Origin: an uncultured Flavobacteriaceae bacterium
Lineage (GTDB): Bacteria; Bacteroidota; Bacteroidia; Flavobacteriales; Flavobacteriaceae
DNA: 64,000 bases
Assembly (NCBI GenBank): GCA_913052585.1
Contig: CAJXEB010000004.1
Span: forward strand, 2,621-66,620
Direction of reading: 5' to 3'
Below the pieces are notes generated by a model. The model saw only the letters and a program-made list of their open reading frames with translations. It had not been told where the DNA came from and made no database searches. Made by a program: the position numbers and the translations under genes. Within the stretch, counting starts at the first letter, position 1. Each line of letters opens with the position of its first letter. This document shows positions 19,955 to 30,040 of the stretch, one piece after another.

Positions 19955-21565
19955 TTAGTTTTTAATTATTCTTTTATAAAGCGCTCCATTTCCTGATTCA
20001 ACATTTAAGATGTAAATACCTGACTTCCATGATTGCGTGTTAATAGATATAATTTCAGAAGACAAATCATTAATATTTAAAACAGTTTGCCCAAGCACAT
20101 TATAAATCTTAATTGATGTCATTTTAGTATTGCTTTTCAATTCCCAATTGGTTGTAACTGGATTCACAAAAGATAAATTACTTTCAAATTCATTATCATT
20201 GATCGCTAACACTTCTTCCGTAAAATTTTGAGCATAAATTTTAGCGTCACTTCCTTTTTCTTCAATAAAAACAGAAACACTTTGATTATTTACTGGTTTT
20301 GTAAATTGTATTCTTTTTTTATTTGCTGAATAAGTTGCCATTGGTCTTGTTTGTTCTGGCCAAGTAAAGTCACCATTCTCATCTAACATTAAAGCATGTA
20401 ATGTGGTAGGAGAAACACCATTATCCAAACCATCTTTAATTAATAATAATGGAGAATCATTTATTAAATGCATAGATCCAGCATGTACTTTTTCACTACC
20501 TATTGGAAAAATTTCTTTTGCATTATCGGTAAACATTCTTGCTCCAGTTTCTTTATCAAACTTTTGAATGTACTCCCCTTTCTCACTTTGATTGGTATTA
20601 GTATAAGTACAAGTTGACCATACATAATTAGACTCTTCTTCGAATGCAATTTTTGTATCCATCTCATAATCGGTTTGGTTGGTATCGAAATCTGATCCAT
20701 TTACACCCCATGGCAATGTTCCGTCTGCATCAATTCGTTGTAAAAAAGAATCGAATCTGTTCCCTGGAGAAGCTTTATATCCCATATAAACAGTATCACC
20801 ATCTTGCAAACCATCATAAGTAGTATTAAATACAGTTCCATAATTGGCTATTTGAGTTGGATTAGTCCATTGAAATACTCCGTCTGAATCATATCGCTGT
20901 GCAAATAAGATGGAATTAATTCCAGAAGTTAGACTATGAAAAACCATCATATAATCTCCGTTAGATAATTCGAATATATTTGCTGGTACCGTATCGTTTC
21001 CTCCTTCAACTATAGTTTGCGTCGCTCCCCAAATTGCAACACCTGAAGCATCGTATTTTTGCATGACACTTTCTCCACCTGGAAACCAAGAAACGATAGC
21101 TTCTCCAGTTGACAATGGCAAAACGGTTACAGAATATCCAAAACCTACATTAACACCATTGGCGCCCCATAAATGATTACCACTATCATCTAATTTAAAA
21201 ACAAAAGCAGGTTCACCACTACCGGTACCTGTTACTCCGATATAAAGATTATTATTCTCATCTGTAAAAACATTCCATATGACAGTATAGGTACTCATAG
21301 GAATAGCATCACTTACTAACATACCATCACTTCCTAATAATTGTGATCCATCTACATCTAAAATTTGTAATCTTAATTCATAATTTGTAGGCGCAGCAAC
21401 AGTTTTCCAAAACACAACATAGGTTTTTCCTCCAGAAGTACCAATAGCTTTCATATCTCCTCCTTCAGAATCTGCAACTAATGTGTTTAAATCTGTATCT
21501 GTTGTCCATTGAGCATTCATAGTTATAAATGCAAAAAACATAAATAATTTAAGTAAGTTTCTCAT
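19955..21565 (-). CDS. T9SS type A sorting domain protein with repeated beta-rich blades
   Basis: Signal peptide; repeated (L/Y/I)D.(S/D)G...W(G) units; CTD NPV....IKIYNVLGQ...SGIYILNV....KRIIKN. Confidence 0.85.
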   Translation of the reverse strand: MRNLLKLFMFFAFITMNAQWTTDTDLNTLVADSEGGDMKAIGTSGGKTYVVFWKTVAAPTNYELRLQILDVDGSQLLGSDGMLVSDAIPMSTYTVIWNVFTDENNNLYIGVTGTGSGEPAFVFKLDDSGNHLWGANGVNVGFGYSVTVLPLSTGEAIVSWFPGGESVMQKYDASGVAIWGATQTIVEGGNDTVPANIFELSNGDYMMVFHSLTSGINSILFAQRYDSDGVFQWTNPTQIANYGTVFNTTYDGLQDGDTVYMGYKASPGNRFDSFLQRIDADGTLPWGVNGSDFDTNQTDYEMDTKIAFEEESNYVWSTCTYTNTNQSEKGEYIQKFDKETGARMFTDNAKEIFPIGSEKVHAGSMHLINDSPLLLIKDGLDNGVSPTTLHALMLDENGDFTWPEQTRPMATYSANKKRIQFTKPVNNQSVSVFIEEKGSDAKIYAQNFTEEVLAINDNEFESNLSFVNPVTTNWELKSNTKMTSIKIYNVLGQTVLNINDLSSEIISINTQSWKSGIYILNVESGNGALYKRIIKN

Positions 21566-21575
21566 AATTAGATAT

Positions 21576-23660
21576 TTAATAATTTAATAATTCTTGAATT
21601 TTTGATTTCACTTTTTCGGCACTTGGAATCATGGTTTTTTCCAACGTTGAATTTAATGGAATTGCAGGCATATTCTCACTACCTATTACCATTACTGGTG
21701 CGTCTAGATCTTTAAAACATTCTTCTTGTATCCTTCCTTGCAAAGCTCTAGAAAAACTATTTTCTGAAGGTTCTTCTGTAACCACTAAACACTTTCCGCA
21801 TTTTTTTACTGAATTGAAAACGGTTTTATAATCCAATGGATGCAGCGTTCTTAAATCCACTACTTCAATTCGATCTTGCATTCCTAATTCTTCTGATGCA
21901 TTCATCGCCCAATGAACTCCCATACCATAAGTAATAATCGATAGAGTTTCTTCTTCTTCCTGTTTCCAAATTTCTTGCAATACCCACGCCTTCCCAAAAG
22001 GCAAAATATAATCTTCAGCAGGCTCTACAGAAGTTGCTCCTTTTGTACCTGGAACTTTACTCCAATACAAGCCTTTATGTTCTAAAATAACAACTGGGTT
22101 TGGGTCATAATAAGCAGCTTTCATTAATCCTTTTAAATCGGCTCCATTACTAGGATAGGCAATTTTAATACCCCTAATGTTTGACACCACACTTTCTACA
22201 GAAGATGAATGATACGGACCACCACTTCCATAAGCACCAATAGGAACTCTTAAGATCATAGATACTGGCCATTTACCATTAGATAAATAACAACTTCTAC
22301 TTACTTCTGTAAATAATTGATTTAATCCAGGCCAAATATAATCTGCAAACTGCACCTCAACAATAGGTTTTAATCCAACTGCACTCATACCCACAGTACT
22401 TCCCACAATAAATGCTTCTTGAATAGCAGTATTAAAAACACGATGATCTCCAAATTTTTGGGCCAAGGTTGCAGCTTCTCTAAACACACCGCCTAATCTG
22501 CCTCCAACATCTTGTCCATACACCAAGCATTCCTTATGCTTTTCCATTAACTCTTCTATAGCAAATAAAGCACAGTCAACCATCACTACTTTATCAGCAT
22601 TTTTAGGAGTTCGCTCTCCTACTTCTTCTGTAATTAATGTGGATGCAAAATCATGAGTAAATAAATCTTCTGGTTTTGGATCTTCTGCTTTAAGGGCTTT
22701 TATTAAATCTTTTTTTACTGTTTCAATTGCTGAAACTTCAATTTCTTTTAATTCTTCTTTTGAAAAACCATTTTTCAATAGTAATTTCTTCATTTTGGGA
22801 TATGGATCTCTGCTTCTTGCCTCCTCCAAATCATCACGGTACCATTCCATTCGCACACCAGAAGTATGATGATTTAACAAAGGAACTTTAGCATGAATTA
22901 AAAATGGTCTCCTTTCTTTTCTGATCGTTTCTATTACAGATTGAATCGTATTAAAAGATTCTTCAAAATCAGTTCCATCTATAGATACAGCTTCTAACCC
23001 TTTAAAGCCTCTTGCATATTCATAGGCATCTTGCGCTCTAGTTTCTTCAGAAGTTGCAGAAATATCCCAGCCATTATCTTGTACTAAATATAATATTGGA
23101 AGTTGCTTTAATGCAGCCATCTGAAAAGCTTCCGCTATTTCACCTTCAGTTACAGATGCATCACCTAGCGAACAAATTGTAATTGGTCGATTTTCATCCA
23201 GCGTATTGAATGTTTTAGAATCTGATTTTGAATCTACTAATTCTTTATACTGCATTCCCATCGCTACTCCAGTTGCTGGGATTGTCTGCATTCCAGTAGC
23301 TGAACTTTGATGTGGGATTTTAGGTTTATCATCATCTTTTAAACTAGGATGAGCATAATAGGTTCTACCTCCAGAAAATGGATCCTCTTTTTTTGCTAAT
23401 AATTGAAGCATTAATTCATAAGGAGTCATACCAAATGCTAATAACATAGAATCATCTCGATAATACGGAAAAGCATAATCTTGTGGTAACAATTGCATTC
23501 CAACAGCAGTCTGTATTACTTCATGACCTCTAGAGGTTGCATGAACATATTCTGAAACCTCTTTAAAATTTGCTTCGTATTCCTCAGTCATTGCTTTTGC
23601 AGTACAGAGGTTAGAAAATCCTTTTTTTAATAAATCTTTATGAATTGAATTATCTTTCAA
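21576..23660 (-). CDS. Fused E1 alpha/beta subunit of a branched-chain-type 2-oxoacid dehydrogenase
   Basis: ThDP motif GDASVTEG...QDN, HHTS, GQDVG..GGVFR, EVQFADY, GPYHS, VDLRTL.P; TTG start. Confidence 0.9.
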   Translation of the reverse strand: MKDNSIHKDLLKKGFSNLCTAKAMTEEYEANFKEVSEYVHATSRGHEVIQTAVGMQLLPQDYAFPYYRDDSMLLAFGMTPYELMLQLLAKKEDPFSGGRTYYAHPSLKDDDKPKIPHQSSATGMQTIPATGVAMGMQYKELVDSKSDSKTFNTLDENRPITICSLGDASVTEGEIAEAFQMAALKQLPILYLVQDNGWDISATSEETRAQDAYEYARGFKGLEAVSIDGTDFEESFNTIQSVIETIRKERRPFLIHAKVPLLNHHTSGVRMEWYRDDLEEARSRDPYPKMKKLLLKNGFSKEELKEIEVSAIETVKKDLIKALKAEDPKPEDLFTHDFASTLITEEVGERTPKNADKVVMVDCALFAIEELMEKHKECLVYGQDVGGRLGGVFREAATLAQKFGDHRVFNTAIQEAFIVGSTVGMSAVGLKPIVEVQFADYIWPGLNQLFTEVSRSCYLSNGKWPVSMILRVPIGAYGSGGPYHSSSVESVVSNIRGIKIAYPSNGADLKGLMKAAYYDPNPVVILEHKGLYWSKVPGTKGATSVEPAEDYILPFGKAWVLQEIWKQEEEETLSIITYGMGVHWAMNASEELGMQDRIEVVDLRTLHPLDYKTVFNSVKKCGKCLVVTEEPSENSFSRALQGRIQEECFKDLDAPVMVIGSENMPAIPLNSTLEKTMIPSAEKVKSKIQELLNY

Positions 23661-23699
23661 GTAATTTTATTTTAAGCTGAATTCTTTTATTAAATAGTT

Positions 23700-24752
23700 T
23701 TAAGATACTGGAACCATCCAACCAAATGAATCTTCAATCTCACCAATCTTAATGCCATTTAATGTATTATTTACATCTTCACCTACCGGACTTTCATCTG
23801 ATACATGGATCGTCCCTTCATCAGTTCCAATCTCTTGAATGTATGCAATTCCTATAGCAGTTCCTGTTCCAAAAGCTTCTTCTAATGTTCCATTTTCTGA
23901 AGCTTCTTTAACTTCATCAATCGAAATAGGACGCTCTTCTACTTCAAAACCTTTATGCTTCAATAAATCGATTACACTCATTCGTGTGATTCCATCTAAA
24001 ATATTACCATCTCTAAAAGGAGTAATAATCTTTCCACTTATCTTAAAGAAAATATTCATAGTACCTACTTCTTGAATATATTTATGTTCAACAGCATCCA
24101 ACCAAAGCACTTGATTATATCCTTTAGCTTTTGCATTTTCTGTAGGTTTAATTGCTGCTGCATAATTCCCAGCTGCTTTCGCTTCACCAGTTCCACCAGT
24201 TGCCGCACGAATGTATTTTTTTTCAGCAAATAATTTAATCCGTTCGCTAAAGTATGGACCCGCAGGGGAACAAATAATAATAAACTTATAGCTCGTTGCT
24301 GCGCGCATACCTATAAAATGTTCATCTGCGTACATAAATGGACGAAGGTACATTGCACTTCCTTTTTTCTTAGGAATCCATTCCTTATCAAGATCTACCA
24401 ATTGTTTTAACCCTTCTGAAAAAAGATCTTCCGGAAAACTTGGCATTCCCATTCGATCTGCACTAAAATTAAGCCTTGCTGCATTTTTATTAGGACGAAA
24501 TAATAATGGAGTACCAGTACTATCCAATGTAGCTTTCATACCCTCAAAAATTGCTTGTCCGTAATGTAAAGCCATCGTTGCTGGATGAGAGGCAATCGTT
24601 TGCATTGGTATGATGCGAGGATTGTTCCAAGTACCATTTTCATAATCGCAAATAAACATGTGATCGGTAAATATTTTTCCTAAAGGAATATTATCAAAAT
24701 CTAATTCACTTAATGTTGAATGTTTCGTTTTTGTAATTGTTATATTTTTCAT
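23700..24752 (-). CDS. ilvE: Branched-chain/aromatic amino acid aminotransferase (fold type IV)
   Basis: LHYGQAIFEGMKA, YLRPF, AKAAGNYA (PLP Lys), EVGTMN, ILDGITR, GTGTA. Confidence 0.9.
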   Translation of the reverse strand: MKNITITKTKHSTLSELDFDNIPLGKIFTDHMFICDYENGTWNNPRIIPMQTIASHPATMALHYGQAIFEGMKATLDSTGTPLLFRPNKNAARLNFSADRMGMPSFPEDLFSEGLKQLVDLDKEWIPKKKGSAMYLRPFMYADEHFIGMRAATSYKFIIICSPAGPYFSERIKLFAEKKYIRAATGGTGEAKAAGNYAAAIKPTENAKAKGYNQVLWLDAVEHKYIQEVGTMNIFFKISGKIITPFRDGNILDGITRMSVIDLLKHKGFEVEERPISIDEVKEASENGTLEEAFGTGTAIGIAYIQEIGTDEGTIHVSDESPVGEDVNNTLNGIKIGEIEDSFGWMVPVS

Positions 24753-24788
24753 GGTATTTTTTATTATTTTTTGATAAGACTTATATAA

Positions 24789-26072
24789 TTATATTTTCCT
24801 TTTTGTATCGAATTTCTCTAAGTTATCTGCAATTCTTTTTAAGAAGGATCCAGCTAAAAAACCGTCTACAATCCTATGATCAAATGAAAGTGACAAATAC
24901 ATCATATGTCTAATTTCTATTGTATCTCCTTCGGCTCTTTCCATCACCTCAGCTCTTTTCTTTATAATCCCAGTAGCCAAAATTGCTGCTTCCGGTTGAT
25001 TGATAATTGGAGTTCCCATTACCGAACCAAAAGTTCCTACATTAGAAATAGTGAATGTACTGCCACTAGTATCATCTGCTTTCAGTTTATTTTCTCTTGC
25101 TTTTAAGGATAATGAATTAATTGAGGAAGCTAATTCTTTAAGATTTTTTTTATCTGCATCTCTTACTACGGGTACAATTAAATTACCCGAAGGTAAGGCT
25201 GTTGCCATCCCGACATTAATTTTATCCTTTACAATAATATTTTTCCCATCTAAACTAGAATTGATCATCGGGAAATCAACAATTGCCTTAGCTACTGCTT
25301 CAATAAATAAAGGTGTAAAAGTTAATTTTTGATTATACTTTTCTTGAAAAGGAATTTTTGCTTGATTTCTCCAATGCACCATCTCGGTTAAATCTGCTTC
25401 TACATATGCTGTAACATGCGGAGAGGTATGCTTACTAAAAACCATACGATCAGCGATTATCTGACGCATCCGATCCATTTCTACAATCTTACCAGTTCCC
25501 TTATCAAACTTTAAATCGGGTACTTTAAAACCGTTATCTGTAGCAACTGGCTGCGCATATTTAAAAGGCCTACCTTCTTCAATATAGTTCATTAAATCAC
25601 TTTTTCGCAAACGTCCTTCGCCTCCTGTTACAGGAATTCGAGCTAGTTCTTCAAAACTGATGTGTTGTTCTTTTGCAATACTGACAATTAAAGGAGAGAA
25701 AAATAAATTTGAATTTGATACATTAAAAGCTCCTTGTTGAATTTTTCGAGAAGGTTTTTTTATTTCTTTATCAGACTCTTTTGAAGATTTTTGTTTCTGA
25801 ACTTCTTCTTTTTTAGGATGTGAAACTTTTCCATCAGTTTTAATAATAGCTATAGTTTCTCCAATAGAAATTACATCATTTTGTTTAAATAACAATTCTG
25901 TAACTACTCCTGAAACCAATGAAGGAACCTCAGAATCAACTTTGTCTGTCGCTACTTCTAATAAAACCTCATCTTCCCCAATGGTATCGCCTACATTTTT
26001 AAACCATTTAATAATGGCTGCTTCAGTGATACTTTCGCCAAGTTTTGGCATTTTAAATTTATATTCCGACAT
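24789..26072 (-). CDS. Dihydrolipoamide acyltransferase (E2), one lipoyl domain
   Basis: MPKLGESI, ATDKVDSE lipoyl Lys, TG.EGRLRKSD, TFTISNVG, FDHRIVDG. Confidence 0.92.
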   Translation of the reverse strand: MSEYKFKMPKLGESITEAAIIKWFKNVGDTIGEDEVLLEVATDKVDSEVPSLVSGVVTELLFKQNDVISIGETIAIIKTDGKVSHPKKEEVQKQKSSKESDKEIKKPSRKIQQGAFNVSNSNLFFSPLIVSIAKEQHISFEELARIPVTGGEGRLRKSDLMNYIEEGRPFKYAQPVATDNGFKVPDLKFDKGTGKIVEMDRMRQIIADRMVFSKHTSPHVTAYVEADLTEMVHWRNQAKIPFQEKYNQKLTFTPLFIEAVAKAIVDFPMINSSLDGKNIIVKDKINVGMATALPSGNLIVPVVRDADKKNLKELASSINSLSLKARENKLKADDTSGSTFTISNVGTFGSVMGTPIINQPEAAILATGIIKKRAEVMERAEGDTIEIRHMMYLSLSFDHRIVDGFLAGSFLKRIADNLEKFDTKRKI

Positions 26073-26096
26073 TATTAATTAACTAATGTTTGTTTA

Positions 26097-26163
26097 TATC
26101 ATTTCGAGAAGTATAACGACCTGGTAATCTTTTAGAGGTTCTTCGCTATCACTCTTAATGTTA
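26097..26163. repeat. Decayed TGTCAT-type REP-like element between paaY and E2
   Basis: tatcatttcgag...aatct-ttta-gaggttcttcg...ctcttaatgtta aligns with the copy at 34566. Confidence 0.5.
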
Positions 26164-26164
26164 T

Positions 26165-26761
26165 TTATTTATTTTTCAACTCAGCAAGTGTATTATAAAA
26201 ATCTTCTTGTTTAGGCCTATTCTTCGGAATCTCCCGAAGAGGCTCTACTTCTCTTAAACTTTCATGACAATCTGCAGGTAATTGCTGGTATAATTTTGTT
26301 CCTGCCGTTTTCCAATCAATCATTTCATCGGTAACCTTCTTAATGATTTTTGCCGGATTGCCAACAATTAAACTCCTATTAGAAAAAACAGATTTCGCTT
26401 TAACAAAAGCCATTGCACCAACGATACATTCATCTCCTATTTCTGCACCATCCATGATAACACTATTCATACCTACAAGGCAGTTTCGACCCAAATTAGC
26501 TCCATGTATAATGGCTCCATGCCCAATATGAGCACCCTCTTTTAAAACAATTGTTTTACCAGGAAACATATGAACCGTGCAATTTTCTTGAACATTAACA
26601 CCATCTTCTAAAATAATTTCTCCCCAGTCTCCTCTAATCGCAGCTCCAGGACCTATATAACAGTTCTTCCCAATTATTACGTTTCCAGTAACAGCAGCTA
26701 ATGGATGAATAAAACTACTTTCGTGAACTATCGGTATCTGTCCTTTAAAACTATAAAACAT
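26165..26761 (-). CDS. paaY: PaaY-like hexapeptide-repeat (gamma-carbonic anhydrase family) protein
   Basis: FIHP.A...G.V.IG..CYIGP.A..RGD.G, IGHGAIIHG, C-terminal WK..GT..YQ.L...C; paa context. Confidence 0.85.
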   Translation of the reverse strand: MFYSFKGQIPIVHESSFIHPLAAVTGNVIIGKNCYIGPGAAIRGDWGEIILEDGVNVQENCTVHMFPGKTIVLKEGAHIGHGAIIHGANLGRNCLVGMNSVIMDGAEIGDECIVGAMAFVKAKSVFSNRSLIVGNPAKIIKKVTDEMIDWKTAGTKLYQQLPADCHESLREVEPLREIPKNRPKQEDFYNTLAELKNK

Positions 26762-27511
26762 CTATTTAAATTTCTTTAAAGTTTCTTTCGTAAAATCAGA
26801 TAGGACTAACCGACCGCTAATGGCTGCTCGTTCAGCTAATAAATCATCCCAATCTTCAGTACCTCTCCAGAAAACTTTTTTCATTTCTTTCATGGCATCG
26901 GTATTATAAGTACATAAGTTTTCTGCAAAAGATTGTATTGCTTCATCCAATTCTTCAATGCTTTCATATACTTGAGTAAACAATCCTTTTTGTCTTGACC
27001 ATTCAGCACTATAAAAGGTATTTGCATCTATGGCTATTTGTGACATTCCGCTGAGTCCTAATTTTCTTTCCACTGCGGGACCAACTACAAAAGGTCCTAT
27101 ACCAACATTCAATTCGCTTAATTTAATAGATGCAAATTTTGTTGCCATACAATAATCCGTAGCTGATGCAATACCAACTCCACCTCCAACAGTTTTACCT
27201 TGTATTCTACCAATTATAAATTTTGGACACTTTCGCATTGCATTTATAACATTTGCAAATCCTGAAAAGAACACCTTCCCAGTTTCAGCATCATTGATAT
27301 TTATTAATTCCTCAAAACTGGCGCCAGCACAAAAAGTGCGGTCTCCTCCACTTTTTAAAATAATAACATTAACATCATTATCCTCTCCAACGTGTTTTAT
27401 AGTATTAGCAAGTTGAGCTAATATTTCGCCAGGCAAACTATTGTGTGCTGGGTGAAAAAACTCAATGGTTGCAATACCGCTTTGTATATTTTGATTTACG
27501 TAAGCTTCCAT
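26762..27511 (-). CDS. Enoyl-CoA hydratase/crotonase (putative PaaF stand-in)
   Basis: FCAGAS, GGGVG, LSELNVG crotonase motifs. Confidence 0.8.
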   Translation of the reverse strand: MEAYVNQNIQSGIATIEFFHPAHNSLPGEILAQLANTIKHVGEDNDVNVIILKSGGDRTFCAGASFEELININDAETGKVFFSGFANVINAMRKCPKFIIGRIQGKTVGGGVGIASATDYCMATKFASIKLSELNVGIGPFVVGPAVERKLGLSGMSQIAIDANTFYSAEWSRQKGLFTQVYESIEELDEAIQSFAENLCTYNTDAMKEMKKVFWRGTEDWDDLLAERAAISGRLVLSDFTKETLKKFK

Positions 27512-27513
27512 AT

Positions 27514-30006
27514 TTATAGTAATCCAAATTGTTTAAAGTGATGATTTAAGTGTTTACGTTCTAACAATTGCCAATCGTACTTTTCTATAAACCCAAATAC
27601 TGCATTCTTAACTACTGCATCTGGATTTTCTTTGTAAAAGCTCACATATTGTTCTCTAGCTTCTAATAATTTTAATTTCGCAATTTGTAAATTTTCATGT
27701 TTTAATTCTTCTAATGTTCCTTTTTTATACAAAGGAAAATCAAATCCTGAAGGCATTGGCTCATAATTATAGAGAGATTCTTGTGCTTTTTCTAAATATT
27801 TTTCTGGCGTATGAATTTCAAAGTCTTGAATTTCTCCAGATGCAATTCGATAAGTTAACTCTAAATGTTCAATCATATGCTGTGAAGTCATTATTCCCCA
27901 ATTAGGTTTTGATTCCTCAGTCAACTTTTTTAAACATTCTTGAATTTTTTCAGAAGTCATCTCTACAAAAACAGTTTGTTTTTTCTGAACCATTGTTAAT
28001 ATAGTTGCAATTGCAACCAATTCATCTTCAACATCAAAAACTTCAACGTACCATTTAACTATTCCACATGGATGTTCTTTCCCTCTTTCATCTCGATCAA
28101 TTTTTTGCTTACAAGTTAATCGAACATAAACGGTATCATTATGATAAATAGGTCTTAAAAAACGACAATCTTCTAATCCATAATTTGCAGCAACTGGCCC
28201 TTTATTCGGATATACAAACAATCCTGCTGCTGCTGCTATTATAAAATAACCATGCGCAGTTCGCTTTTCGAAAATACTTCCTTCCAAAGAGGTAATATCG
28301 GTATGCGCATAAAAATGATCCCAAGTAAGATTCGCAAAATTTACGATATCACCATCCGTTATGGTACGTTTATGCGTTTTTAAAGACATTCCTGCTTGAA
28401 TATCTTCCCAATGGTATGCAAAGGGATGTTTGTCTGTCTCTTTATAGGCTGCATTAGGCTGGTAAATTCCTGTTATTTCAGTAAGACTTGTTGGAGAACC
28501 TTGGATAGCACAACGTTGCAGATAATGTTTCACACCACGTATACCTCCCATTTCTTCGCCTCCACCAGCGCGTCCTGGACCTCCATGAACTAAACTAGGA
28601 AGCGGAGAACCATGTCCAGTACTTTCTTTTACACTTTCTCTATTAAGAATTAATATTCTACCGTGATGCGTTGCTGCGCTAATGGTATAATCTCTAGCAA
28701 TTTTATTGTCATTGGTAATAATAGAACTCACCAAAGAACCTTTTCCCATTTTAGCCAAAGTAATCGCTTCCTCTAAATTTTTATAAGGCATTAGAGTACT
28801 TACTGGACCAAAAGCTTCATTAACATGTGCTGCTTCATTTTTAAATGGCTGATTTTCTCGCAATAAAATCGGGCTTATAAAAGCTCCTTTTTTAGCATCA
28901 GCTCCAATAGTAGTTACCTCCTCTAAACTTCCATAAACAATTTCTGCAGTTTTTGCAATCTTGTTTACTTGCTCTCTTACAGAATTACGTTGTTGCTCAC
29001 TTACTAAAGATCCCATACGTACTTCCTTTAATCGAGGGTCTCCAATGGTTACTTTATCCAAGGCCTTTCCAAGAGCAATTTGAACATCTTCTATTAGCTT
29101 TTCAGGAACTATTACACGTCTAATTGCAGTACATTTCTGCCCACATTTAACGGTCATTTCCTTTCTAACTTCTTTAATGAAAATATCAAATTCTGGGGTT
29201 CCTGGAACGGCATCTTCTCCTAATATGGATGCATTTAAAGAATCTGCTTCCATCGTAAATGGTACGGATTCTGCAATTAATTGAGGGTGATTTTTTAATT
29301 TTCTACCAATAGCTGCAGATCCCGTAAAGGTGATTACATCCTGAGATCCTACAGTATCTAATATGTTTTTTGCAGTCCCGCTAATTAATTGTAGTGCTCC
29401 TTCAGGTAAAATCCCCGATGCTATGATTTCTCTCACAACCGCTTCTGTTAAATAGGCGGTTTGAGGTGCTGGTAATACGACAGCTGACATCCCTGCCATC
29501 CAATTGACAGCACATTTTTCTAACATTCCCCAAACAGGGAAATTAAAAGCATTAATATGTACTGCAACGCCTTCTTTTGGCACCATAATATGATGCGCCA
29601 TAAATCTCCCTCCTCGAGATAAATCGATAGGATCACCTTCTACATGAAATGTTTGGTTTGGGAATAATTTCCTTAGAGATGCATTCGCAAAAAGGTTTCC
29701 GAATCCTCCTTCAATATCAATCCAACTATCAATTTTTGTTGCTCCAGAACGATAACTAATTTCATAAAATGCCTGTTTCTTTTTAACAAGGTAAAAGGCT
29801 AATTTTTTAAGCATATTTCCTCGTTCTTGAAAAGTCATTTTACGAAGCGCTCCTCCTTTTTCTCTTCCATATTGAAGAATAGAAGGCACATCTAAACCTT
29901 CTACAGTAGTGTTGGTAAAATGATCTCCTGTAATAGAATCGTAAACTGGAGTGCCTTCCCCTTTACCTTCTACCCAATGGCCTTTTGTATAATGTTGTGT
30001 TTTCAA
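27514..30006 (-). CDS. paaZ: PaaZ (aldehyde dehydrogenase + MaoC hydratase) with an extra C-terminal DinB-like domain
   Basis: INAFNFPVWGMLEK, FTGSA, EADSLN, GQKCTAIRR, HGGPGRAGGGEE, D.FYAH.D, AHGYF, ANYGL; about 148 extra aa ending KHLNHHFKQFGLL. Confidence 0.93.
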   Translation of the reverse strand: MKTQHYTKGHWVEGKGEGTPVYDSITGDHFTNTTVEGLDVPSILQYGREKGGALRKMTFQERGNMLKKLAFYLVKKKQAFYEISYRSGATKIDSWIDIEGGFGNLFANASLRKLFPNQTFHVEGDPIDLSRGGRFMAHHIMVPKEGVAVHINAFNFPVWGMLEKCAVNWMAGMSAVVLPAPQTAYLTEAVVREIIASGILPEGALQLISGTAKNILDTVGSQDVITFTGSAAIGRKLKNHPQLIAESVPFTMEADSLNASILGEDAVPGTPEFDIFIKEVRKEMTVKCGQKCTAIRRVIVPEKLIEDVQIALGKALDKVTIGDPRLKEVRMGSLVSEQQRNSVREQVNKIAKTAEIVYGSLEEVTTIGADAKKGAFISPILLRENQPFKNEAAHVNEAFGPVSTLMPYKNLEEAITLAKMGKGSLVSSIITNDNKIARDYTISAATHHGRILILNRESVKESTGHGSPLPSLVHGGPGRAGGGEEMGGIRGVKHYLQRCAIQGSPTSLTEITGIYQPNAAYKETDKHPFAYHWEDIQAGMSLKTHKRTITDGDIVNFANLTWDHFYAHTDITSLEGSIFEKRTAHGYFIIAAAAGLFVYPNKGPVAANYGLEDCRFLRPIYHNDTVYVRLTCKQKIDRDERGKEHPCGIVKWYVEVFDVEDELVAIATILTMVQKKQTVFVEMTSEKIQECLKKLTEESKPNWGIMTSQHMIEHLELTYRIASGEIQDFEIHTPEKYLEKAQESLYNYEPMPSGFDFPLYKKGTLEELKHENLQIAKLKLLEAREQYVSFYKENPDAVVKNAVFGFIEKYDWQLLERKHLNHHFKQFGLL

Positions 30007-30040
30007 TTGAATATCTTTTAAAGTTCGTTATTCTTTTTTT

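Noticed and set aside
23185-23245. Low-complexity insert in E1 (DSKSDSKTFNTLDE) as another coding repeat element
   Set aside because: It has no TGTCAT/ATGACA tag or clear hairpin and is more likely a variable loop.
26081-26098. Possible second TetR operator upstream of E2 (aactaatgtttgtt)
   Set aside because: It has too many mismatches to the 38325 palindrome for such AT-rich DNA.
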